DNA from: Bugula neritina
Taxonomy: Eukaryota > Animalia > Bryozoa
Assembly (NCBI GenBank): GCA_964035545.1
Contig: OZ037766.1
Span: 29,886,640-29,950,639 of the forward strand
DNA length: 64,000 bases
Reading direction: 5' to 3'
A program made the position numbers and the translations under genes. Positions 53,401-64,000 of this stretch are shown here, one piece after another; position 1 is the stretch's first letter; the number at the start of each line of letters is the position of its first letter. The notes beneath the pieces are model-generated. The model saw nothing but the letters and a program-made list of their open reading frames with translations, did not search any database and was not told the DNA's origin.

Positions 53401-54849
53401 ACTAAACAATGAAGAGCTCTATAAGATATTGTATCTTAACAACAAAACGATAAATAAACAAACTTTAATTAACTTCAAAAAACACATATAGCTAATTATT
53501 ATTGCCTCTATATATGCTTAAATTAAGCATCTCAACTTTTAATTTCAATGATGAGTTTTGCAAAGCATGTCATCGATAATTTTTACAAAACATATAATAA
53601 TATTCTGCTGACTTGTACCTTTTTGTAAACAAGTGAGCATTTTTATACTGATAGAATAAAAAAAATAAATGAATAAAATGCAGTTTAGGGGCTATTTTAG
53701 GTTCTAATCAGCAATTATATTATTCTATACCTATTCAACCTTTGATGGTGGGATCTTACATCAGACTTAGGTAAAACCAGCCTAAAAATATCTGCTATAT
53801 AAGAAAATTGTAGCAACGAGTTCAATATTGCATTATTTATTTATTATTTATTACTAAAGATGAAACAGTGACTTCCACCAAAAAAATGATGAAATATATA
53901 GCAAGCTGGTGCCGAAAGACTATAAATAAAAATGATGAAAGACTATAAATTACTGTAGCAATTCTGTAATTATAAGCCATGTAATGACTTTGTAGCCGAA
54001 AGGATATTTTGTTTCCCATTAAAGGTGCTAATGATTCATGAATGATAGTCAACAATTTGCTGCCGTGAGAGTGTTGAGTAGAGCCTTTCTTTTACGAAAT
54101 GAAACACTCAACAAGTTTGATAATTTATTTTAAATAGAAAAAGCTCCAAAGTTTTCACACACTGTAGTTACTTGTTCATGAGCGTTAAGCATTTTATCTT
54201 AAAGTTCTTGGAATATTAGCGTAAGCTAGAAAATATTCAGCTATATATGCATATTAATAAGATATATATAAATGTTGTAAGCTTTAGTTATTTTATCACT
54301 GAGTTTAAGCACTCTTGACATATCATTAAGTTATACCCATGAGAGCTTTATAGTAAATAAAGCTCTTATTACTGATTTTGAAATTATTTTATAGCATGCA
54401 ACATATAATAATTTAGATAACCATAATAAAGGAAATATGATTGAAGATATGCATGGCACCTCCATAAGTACTTAAGTGATTTATTAAAGGTTAAAGTACA
54501 ACATTGGTTGGTGTAAACAACTTTTTATTAGGTAAAATATGACCTAGCTGGTTTTTGAAATGAATTATCATGTTGACAATGAATTTTGTCAAACTAAAAC
54601 CTAAAAAGTTATAATAATATTTTTCGCTAAAAATATTTTTAAAAAGTGCATGTATATAATGACAGATACTGCGAAGCTTTTTATCATGTAAAATTACTTA
54701 CATAAATTTATTATTTTTGATAAACTTATACAAGATTCTTTATTGTGATTCTTAGTGAGTAAAGTTAATCTTCATGTGAAAAAAACTCATTAGAGTTTGT
54801 GCATTAACAATGCCGATATCAAAATACAGCTTTTGATCCATATTACAGG

Positions 54850-55719
54850 TCAAACTTGTTCACACATGAAATACTGGGCGGAGGTGCAAGTTCCATCATC
54901 CCACTGTAGCCTTTGGTTCATAGCAAACAGACCGAGACATTCCTGGGCGCCGCCGTTGTTATTAGGGCATTGCGGATACCAGTCCTCAACTACAATATCT
55001 CTTTTGAGTTTTCCACTCCATTGCCAAGTTCCATTATACTCTCTACCTCCAATCCAAATGTAGTGGTCAATATAGGGTGTCCAGGCTAAGAAAATATATA
55101 TAGTAGGGTTTCAAATACTTGTCACATTTTGGTTTGCTTCCCCTTATTTATAAACATGCAGGTGAAAGTCAAAAGTTATTTTACTTTAGCTCAGAATTTT
55201 ATATTCTTACAGAAGTTTGCAGATATATATATTATATATTGCAGACCCTAACAAGATTTACCTGGGTTTGTCTTTCTCATCTGCTTAGCCCAAGATATAG
55301 ACTTTAGATTTTCAAATACAGCGAGTCTATCTCCGTCATTTTCACAGTAGGCTTGAGCATCATCCCAATTTTTTCTAATTGGAACTATTCTGTAACACGT
55401 TTGTGAATGTGGATTGTAGATATAATCACCTGAACATTCTACTCCATCTAAACTATATTAAAAGCTATTACATTCTTTCATTGTTTTATTCCATTTTTTA
55501 TTGTCTTTATTTATAATCATTTGAATGTTTAATTACAAGGTCGTGATTTTATTGATAAAAGCAATATGAATGGTTTCATTTTAGTTGACATATGCTTAGA
55601 AACATTGAAAGATTTATAATACGTAAACAAGTATTGTACTCACGTCCACATGTGGCAGCACTTACACCAACACATGCAGCAATGGCTGCTGCCATAAAAA
55701 GACTTCTCATTATGCTCAT
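54850..55719 (-). CDS. Secreted C-type lectin C (CPN/WDD)
   Basis: Exons 55719-55644, 55447-55262, 55085-54850. Signal peptide ending ATCG; CSGDYIYNPHSQTCY, WDDAQAYC, WIGG, DWYPQCPNNNGGAQECL, WDDGTC, FMCEQV. Not in the supplied ORF track as such. Confidence 0.87.
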
Positions 55720-56772
55720 TTTCAATGTGTAGCTATACACCAAAACTTATAACAGCTAAGCTTATAAGACTTTTTATGCCTTGTTTTGTATTAAATGAGG
55801 TACAAAAACGATGTAAGTTAGCATTCAACAGTTTGATTGGTTTATGACTTGTCCTACTTCAATCAATTGCTAAGCTACACAATTACACCTTGTATTTTGT
55901 GGACAGGCAACTCCTTGTTTAGCTACAGAAGAGTCATGTTTGGCCCTAAAACTCTGTATCAAGTCACTTCAACACATTTTAATTGTTTCGATATTATTCA
56001 CCATGCATATGAAATTAAATAGGCTCATATCATTACTTAAGTTATTTGATCAATTAGCTATCTGTCTTGTGAAATATAAGTTTATAATATCTAAAAAAAT
56101 TAGATATGCACTATAAAGTAATAAAATATAGTACCTCTATATACTTTTGGTACGTTTTGCTAAATATAAATTAAGATATAAGTTTAAAAAAAACCTAAAA
56201 TGAAAGCAAATTTTATGTAAAAGATTATAATATTATGCATTATAGAGCTTCATTTATATAACCTAAACCTCCTCACTTAACTTTTCACAATTTGGCGAGC
56301 ACGCAATTTTTTAGATACATCACATTTCAATAGGCAATAGACAAATTTTCATCTATCACAGGTAAAACTATATAACAAGTATATTTGTTTCAATAAAGAT
56401 TTAACAAATAGCAGTGCAGCATCTAATAATATTGAATTTATTTAAATGCAATAAATTGTTTGCAAAGTTTGTAATTAAATTGATCAATTGGAGCACAAAT
56501 TATGTTTTACACGATATTAATTGAAAGCAATTATTACAAAAACAATTTGAATATGTTTAAAGAGTTTAACCTATTTCAAAATATTTTTGAAAAACTGCAT
56601 ATAAATGCTTTTTATCTTACAATATTTTTTATATAAGCAAGAAGTATATTATAGCACTTGTTTTTTTGTTTTTAGCAAAGTAAGCAACTTTAGAAATAAA
56701 AAATTCGTATTCCAACCTCTTGATCAATATCGGGACAAAATGGAAATACAAACGGTTGATTTGCAACTTAGT

Positions 56773-57961
56773 TTAGTATTTTTCACACAAAAAGCTTTGA
56801 GAAGAAGTGCAAGTTCCATCATCCCACTGCAAGCCTTTGTCTCTTCTGCTGTCAAACAGGGCAAGACAACTCTGATTACCACCGAAGTTGTCTGGCTGAT
56901 GAGAATTCCAGTCCTCCACTACAATGTTCTTTCTACGGCGGCCATGCCATTGCCAGACGCCATTATAAATTCTTCCACCAATCCAAAGGTATCTGCCAAT
57001 GTGTTGTTTCCAAGCTGTGCAGAAAATTACAAATGTTAAAAACACAAGAGATTGACAATTCATCTTATAGTTTTATTTAGATGATATTTTTATATCATTT
57101 TTACTAGATAAATCTGCTTGTAACCTTTTCTATAATTGCCATGACTTTAAAACATCATGTGAGTAAAATTATGGTTTGCATTCTGCACCTTCTTTAGCCA
57201 TTTAAAATATGACTTATGCAAAAAGAATTTTTATTCTAGTTGCTTTTTGTTAAAATCGGATTCAACTATAAAAATAAATGCTGTAGTTACAGAGCTAACA
57301 CAACAACAAAAAAGCTGTTTACTTGTATGCTATACCTGAATTCGTTTTTCTCATATGCTTTACCCAAGATATTTTCTCCAGACTGTTGAGTACAGCTAAT
57401 CTCTCTCCAAATTGTTCACAGTAGGCTTGAGCATCGTACCAATTCTTTGGCGATGTAACTATTCGGAAACAAGTGCCGGAATGGGGGTTGAGAAGATATC
57501 CACCTAGAATATATATGAGTTGGCCTGAACAGATTAAAATGTTTATACACCATATAGTAATTTACACTGTAGACGTAGTGTAGTATATGAAGGTGAGGCC
57601 TCATTGTTCTTATTTTTAGTTTGTGACTCATTGCTTCATTATTTGTAATAATGTAGACATTTATAGCACCAATTAACAGTCCTCGATTGCCCTATAATGA
57701 ATTAACTTCATAGTGATTGTAAAATAATTGCCACCACTGGGAATCGAAACCGAGTCCTCTGGCTTGCAAGCAAGTGTGCTACCATTACACCACGGAGGCC
57801 ACAGGGTAAACTCAACACTACAGTGATGGCAATAGCTATACACTTATATTTATTGCTATAATAAATAGGATATACTTACTTCGGCAGCTTGTTGCAGCCA
57901 TGCAGGTACTGACAGCAAATATTGCTGCTACCAGCAGACAAAAAGCTGTACCTCCTTTCAT
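56773..57961 (-). CDS. Secreted C-type lectin D (QPD/WDD)
   Basis: Exons 57961-57880, ~57524-57336, 57014-56773. MKGGTAFCLLVAAIFAV signal; GGYLLNPHSGTCF, WYDAQAYC, WIGG, QPDN, WDDGTC, FLCEKY. The exon 2 acceptor is ambiguous (57524 vs 57503). Confidence 0.85.
57729..57800 (-). pseudogene. Degenerate tRNA-like sequence / tRNA-derived SINE head in lectin D intron 1
   Basis: GCCTCCGTGGTGTAATGGTAGCACACTTGCTTGCAAGCCAGAGGACTCGGTTTCGATTCCCAGTGGTGGCA. A and B boxes and the D-stem are present; the acceptor, anticodon and T stems are mismatched. Confidence 0.6.
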
Positions 57962-58021
57962 GTTGAGTTTTGAGTGCTTGAGGAATCACTTTATAATGAA
58001 TATGTATCGGCAACTTTCTAC

Positions 58022-58072
58022 TTTTATACTAGTTCCACTAGTTCTAATCTTGAGCCAACCACTTTGATTGGT
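58022..58072 (-). promoter_or_regulatory. Candidate CCAAT + TATA core promoter of lectin D
   Basis: - strand CCAATCA at ~58065-58071 and TATAAAA at 58022-58028, ~60 bp before the ATG; the same layout occurs upstream of lectin E. Confidence 0.45.
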
Positions 58073-60143
58073 TTACCATGCAATTATTCTTGATGTAAAG
58101 TTAACAATTCAAGAATGAAGTATATCAGCTCAACAATTATGTTTGATAATAGTTCTATAAGAATAGAAACATTCACTAGAATTATGTAATAATCCGTGCC
58201 AGCTGGAGCATATCGCGTCACTATCATGTTATAGTTGGCATACTCTGCTACGCTTGTTAAACAAGGAGAATGAGACAACAATGTTTAACCACTTGAAAAT
58301 CAATTCACTGAATTTTTATCAGCCAGTACAGAACTGGTTCTAGAAGTGCTACAAGGAAGTATTTCGAAACATACAATTAAAAAACGTTCAAACAATGAAG
58401 ATTTTTGATTATAATTTTGTACTAACAAAACCTGGCAGATCTATAATCTTCTGCAAGATTGTATATACAGTATAGAGTGAGCACAGAGAGTTTATATTAA
58501 ACAACATGCAACAAAAAATTGTCTAAATAGCAATAAGAAATTGCTTTTTACGTTTTCAAGCACTGTTTTATTTGATTTGATATGATTCTATTTAAAATAG
58601 CAAAAATTTTTGACAGAAAGTTGGGTAATTATTATTCATCATTAACTGTTATTAATTTTTATTGAATTGATGGCTTAACACTTCTAATGTGTAACATTTG
58701 TCTATTGCATGTGGTGCACTTGTTGAAAGTAAAATAGCTTTCAAGTAAATAAGTATAACATAACATAGGTGAGATGCCACAAGCTTTACTTTCTAGCAGT
58801 CCCACAATTTTACACTTTATTATGAAAGCATGGAGACACAATTATTCCAGTTATTGTTTAATATATATAGCCAGGCCATAGGCCTTCAAATGTAAAACCC
58901 AAAATTATTATATTGTAGTCTGCATGGTACGTACAGTGCAATTAGGTACATTGTGCTATTCCTCAGTATTCACAATATTGTATTATTTTGCTATTGTCTT
59001 GCAATATTATAGTTGCTATAAAAGGCAATTGAAATGTAATTTTTATCATTTTTAACAAAAAGTTTATGTATATTTTTAACTTGATAAAAATTATATTGCA
59101 ATTGCTTTTAGCAAATATAATTTATCTCTATAACTGCACCCAAATTAGAGCATGTAGTTCACCTGTTAGCTGCAGCTCTTACATATTGTCTCCATGGTTT
59201 CCAGGAAACTATAAACTCAATATTCCATCATATAAGTAATCCACTTTATTCTAATTTCTGGATCAGATGTACTATACTTTAAAGTCAACAATTAGTTTTT
59301 TTCTATTGGACAAAAATTTACTTATTGTTAATAAGAGTATATATAGAATCATTATTTTATTAATGGTTCAATTATTTATACAAAGTTGCGATATAAAACG
59401 TAAATGTGTTAATTTAAAAGTGCTCAACAAATAACAATCACAAGTATCAAACTTTGCTTTTTGAATTGCGACCCCAATTCATACTTGCATAGAAATAATG
59501 TCCACCAATTGAGATATATATGGGAAGCCTTTCTTGGTTACTTCATTTATCTAAATAAATAAAATAAACTCTGATATTTGCCATATTATTCAAAGTTAAT
59601 TGAATCAAATTTAAAAGTTATAGAATAATACGTTAGACTGTACGTATGACACATGTTGTATCACACCTTGTGTCGTGCATACAGTTTAACAAACATTCTT
59701 ACTTTCAAATTTCATTCAGTCAACACTCAACTCTGAAAATGGGTGCAGTGGTGTCTGAAATATAAGTCTAATTTGTTTATTTAGATAAATAAAGTAATAA
59801 AAACAATTTCCTCTTTATTTATTGTTTATTTTTAATAAATTTACTAATCTGTAAATTAAGATGTATTTAAAGTTTTTGTGCTGCTCTTTTTAAAAGAAAA
59901 TTTTTATAATTCAACTATGAATTACAATTATGTGCGTTCTGTCAATGCAAAATTATGCAAATTTGGTCTAACTTTAGTTTTGCAAAAACACAAATAAATG
60001 AATATACTTTGCATGAATATATTTATTTTTAAAACAATGCATAAATTTATCATTTGTCAGAAGAAAACTTTGGTCATTACTGAAAGTACATACATGCTAT
60101 TGTGATGTGACAAACAGAAAGAGTGTTTGAATTAATCTATTTG

Positions 60144-61229
60144 TTAATATTTTTCACACATAAAATATTCCGCAGAAGTGCAGGTTCCATCATCCCACTT
60201 GAGGTCATTACTGTCAGCAAATAGACCGAGACAGTCTTGAGGACCTCCTAGATTGTTGGGGCGTTGGGGGTACCAGTCCTCTACAACTATGTCTTTCTCG
60301 AGTTTCCCATCCCATTGCCAGACCCCTTGATAGTTTTTTCCGCCAATCCAGATGTATTTGTTGATATGCCCTTTCCATGCTGCATATAAGATAAGATAAA
60401 ATATAGATGTATTTCACTAGCAGCTTTGTGCAATCCTAAATGCAAGACTATAATATTATTGTTATTTTGCTGATGTTATTTGCCATAATCTAGACTAAAG
60501 CTCGTTTCAAGAAGCATAATATATATAACTATTCCAATATGATTGTGCACTCAAATCCACAATATATCTTTAAAAATTATGAGAATTCACCTGAGTGAGT
60601 TTTCCTCATATGTTTAGCCCAGGATATAGAGTCAGTACTATCAAACACAGCCAGTCTGTCTCCATTTCCTTCACAGTAGGCTTTGGCATCATTCCATTTC
60701 TTTGACAACGTAACAATTTTGTAGCAGGTGCTAGAATGTGGATTGTAGATATAGCCACTGGGGCAGTTTACTCCATCTGAAAAAAATATATATTTAGAAT
60801 GAGCCAAAAATTTTAAACTCAAAATATCAAGTCATGTAAGATACAAGTATTATCTTTTATGTGTGACAACATTTTGTGTCAATTATAACAAGCGTTTGAT
60901 GATTTTTGCAATAGTCAAAAACCATTAATAATTAATACAACTATTGCTTTTTTAATTTTCCACATTTCTGCTAATCCGTTCATTAAAATTGTAAAAAAAT
61001 AATTAGTTCTAATACGTTTATTTATTTCAAGAGCAATGCAAGAACTTATTAAATTTGGTAAATTCTCAACAGTTTAGTTTTACATCTATTAACATTTTAT
61101 TTGCAATTCTAAACTTGAACCCTATATAAGAACTTTGCTTTACTTACGTCCACATGTTGCATCACTCAGATCAAAACAGACAGCAATAATTGCTGCCAAT
61201 AGTAGACCACAGGCTATGCTCTTCTTCAT
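60144..61229 (-). CDS. Secreted C-type lectin E (RPN/WDD)
   Basis: Exons 61229-61148, 60776-60591, 60379-60144. Signal ending ATCG; CPSGYIYNPHSSTCY, WNDAKAYC, WIGG, DWYPQRPNNLGGPQDCL, WDDGTC, FMCEKY. Confidence 0.88.
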
Positions 61230-61307
61230 AGTAATAGTTTTAGTTTCTCTTGTAGTGTATAACTGATTTTCAGTACTGATGTGCTTATCACATCTCAACA
61301 CTCTCCC

Positions 61308-61360
61308 TTATATACCAAATCTCAATGTGATTACCAAGTAACTTAGCTACCTGATTGGTT
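61308..61360 (-). promoter_or_regulatory. Candidate CCAAT + TATA core promoter of lectin E
   Basis: - strand CCAATCA at ~61352-61358 and TATATAA at ~61307-61313. Confidence 0.45.
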
Positions 61361-62135
61361 GTTTTTTGTCCAGTAAACCGTAAATATATTGCAAAACCAT
61401 CACTAAACATTATTTTTTATATATGACTAAATAAATTATGTCTCTTATACGTATGTAGTTATGACAATTTTCTAGGTCTTGTTTTTTTAAATTAGCATCA
61501 GAAATTATCTTTCAAAAATTGTACATTGCATGAAAGCCCAACAAAAAATTAATTATAATATTTCATTGCATTATATTCTAGTAAACAACATCTGTTAGAT
61601 TTATAATTGAGTGTAAAAGACATTGTTAAAATTATTAGCTTAAAATTTCTGCTAATACAAAAGCTAGACTAGACACTGCTTCTTGCTACTTGAAGAATCT
61701 CTGACAGACTCCATTAATGCATTGCTAAGATGTTGATATAGATTTAAGCTGTCATGTCTATAAACTGTTTATTTGAAGGCTTTATGCTCAATAAAAAGTT
61801 TTAATGTAGACTTTGTGTAGAAATATATATATATATTATCAAGAAAAAGAGCAATTTAATTAGATATTATTTTATTGTGCTACTAATTACTATTAGTTTC
61901 ATTCCTCTGCAGCACTCTTCAGGCACAATATTGAATTCAAATTTTACATTAAGAAAATCAACATGCTAAACGTACAATGTAAAACATAACACAAACATAG
62001 CAGTGGCTTTGGTGTTATATAGGTTTGTAAGTGTTTTTAAATATATAAAAAACATAATGTAAAAACACAATTGATAGTAGATGAAGTTGTTGTTGGGTGA
62101 CTATGCTCTGTGGGTATTTGGATATTATTTAATTG

Positions 62136-62822
62136 CTACAGTACATATAATATAAATACAGAGTCTCTATAGGTTTTATGGTTGCACAGTAAGAGTTTTT
62201 TTGAGTGTCGGCAGGTTGATAAGAGTTCGTTTCGCTTGTTTAGAGTACACATGGTAGGTTTGTATAAAATAAAAAAACATTCCCACAGGCATAAATTACA
62301 CCTTTTGGTAATTGTGTTGTATGGTTTTGCTTTCCTCAACATTTTCCAACTTATATTGCGTTTAATGTTTTTGTTAGTTAGTTGCCAAGTGTATTTGCTA
62401 AGTTCTGTTTGATTTGCTTTTTCTTTGTTTTTAAATGATGATTTGTGGTTTGCGTATCTTAGTTTGAACGGTCCTTCACTCAGGCCAATGTATGTTGCAG
62501 GCTCGTTTTCGGTAGTTTCTACAGTTGCTTGGTATATTACTCTGCTCTCCTGACAGTTTTCTTCCAGTGTACAACTTTCTTTTTCTCTGCAGTTGCAGTT
62601 TTTTCTGGGGGTTTTGTTTTGTTGCTTCTGTTTCTCTGTTTTTCTGATATTCTGTTTTTGTGGGCGTCTAAATTATGGTCTGTTTTATGTTTGGCATGCA
62701 GCTGTAGCTAACTTTTATATTGTTTTTGTTGATTATTTTATAGAGTGGATGTTCAGATTTTAAAGAAGTTTTTTTGCAATTTTTGTGGTTACATATTGGC
62801 TGTGTGTTGGATTGTACCAATC
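62136..62822 (-). mobile_element. Decayed Penelope-like retroelement 3' fragment (GIY-YIG endonuclease)
   Basis: Translates, with stops and frameshifts, to WYNP..., HPLYKIINKNNIKVSYSCMPNIK, VIYQATV...TYIGLSEGPFKLRYANHKSSF, TELSKYTW, CNLCLWE, LNKRNELLSTCRH. These are typical of the C-terminus of Penelope-like elements. Confidence 0.8.
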
Positions 62823-64000
62823 TACTTTTTTATATTATATATATGTTCAACCATTCAACCACTGAGCATTATAACCTATGAAATCTCAAAATGGTAATAA
62901 AGTCTGCTTTGTCCTTTCTTCGACCATAAAAATTAATCTTTTTAACCTAAAAGGTGAACCCTAAGCTTTGCATATACATTTTATATTTATTCAAACATAT
63001 TATACAACGTGCCCATAAATTTTTTGTCAAAATTTCATCTGCTCCTACAAAATAAAAATCGGAGATGCATTTTATGTGGTGGTGACACATTTAGAACTTT
63101 GTTTACCAGATTAATTTGTCTGCAATTTTATTGGCTAATATGTTCTCACAAGGCTAATACTAATTGGCTTGCACAGCAGAGTTTTATTGATGATGAAGTT
63201 TTCCTTAAATTAAGGTGATGCAATCAAATACCAAATAGCTAAACGATCATGATAATGACATGGTATACATAATATTAATGGCCTGCGAGATATACTTAAT
63301 ATATGCAAATCGTTCATTACACTAAAAACCATTAGAACAGGATTCTACATGGTTTAATGTCAAAAAGTCATGCCATTAATTATCTTGTCACTGAGTAATT
63401 GTTGACAATAAAACACAAGCTATCTTTTAGCCAATAAAATAGCTGGTTTATATGATATATTGAGTAACAGGTTGCTCAACTATAGTGATGATGCATGACA
63501 AAAATGAATTTTTTCGTGATGACATCAGTAATATTATGTATATTATAAATTACTAGTGAAAAGCTATAATTTATACTTTCATCATTTAGTCTCAGTGCAG
63601 CTGCTCTAATTATTGGTATTAATAAAATTATATTGTAAGCACTAAGAGATGACGCATATATATATGCTTCAAATCAGAAAATAAAATTCTAATTTTCTTC
63701 TCCCATATATAGTACTTAAGGTATTTAGAAATTTTTTTTGAACGGCATCTTTAAAACAATTCATTTTTTCAGTCTAACTTTTAATAGCCATATCAGCTAC
63801 TGTGTAATCAATTAGGTGGTAGAATGCGTAGAATCAACTCTCTTGCATTGAAAATAAATATTATATTATAGACCTTCAATTAATGCTTTCTTTTAACTTT
63901 AACTACAATTAAATTTGTATACATATTCTCCTTATAATACTAAATAATTCAAGTGATCAATAATACCAATGAAGTATTTTGATCTTATATTTAATTTTAC

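Noticed and set aside
57729-57800. Functional tRNA-Cys gene
   Set aside because: The anticodon loop is 6 nt and the acceptor, anticodon and T stems are mismatched; better treated as a pseudogene or SINE head.

Overview
AT-rich, intron-containing DNA from an invertebrate metazoan (a lophotrochozoan is my guess; the species cannot be assigned from sequence). I reconstructed the gene models by hand from GT-AG boundaries, exon phase and protein motifs. Left to right: the 5' part of a KLHL8-like BTB-BACK-Kelch gene (-, runs off the left edge); a 13-exon gene (+) encoding a NEK/NIMA-like kinase fused in frame to a FAM172A/ARB2A-type Arb2 alpha/beta-hydrolase-fold domain; UGDH (-); EIF2B5 (+); an SRCR-containing lysyl oxidase-like gene (-); five tandem secreted C-type lectin genes with diversified sugar-binding motifs; and a decayed Penelope-like retroelement. 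The NEK-Arb2 fusion is the most unusual item. Also present are nested MITE-like elements, tRNA-derived SINE-like heads and microsatellites. A recurring pattern is unrelated minisatellites anchored on, and often duplicating, splice sites.
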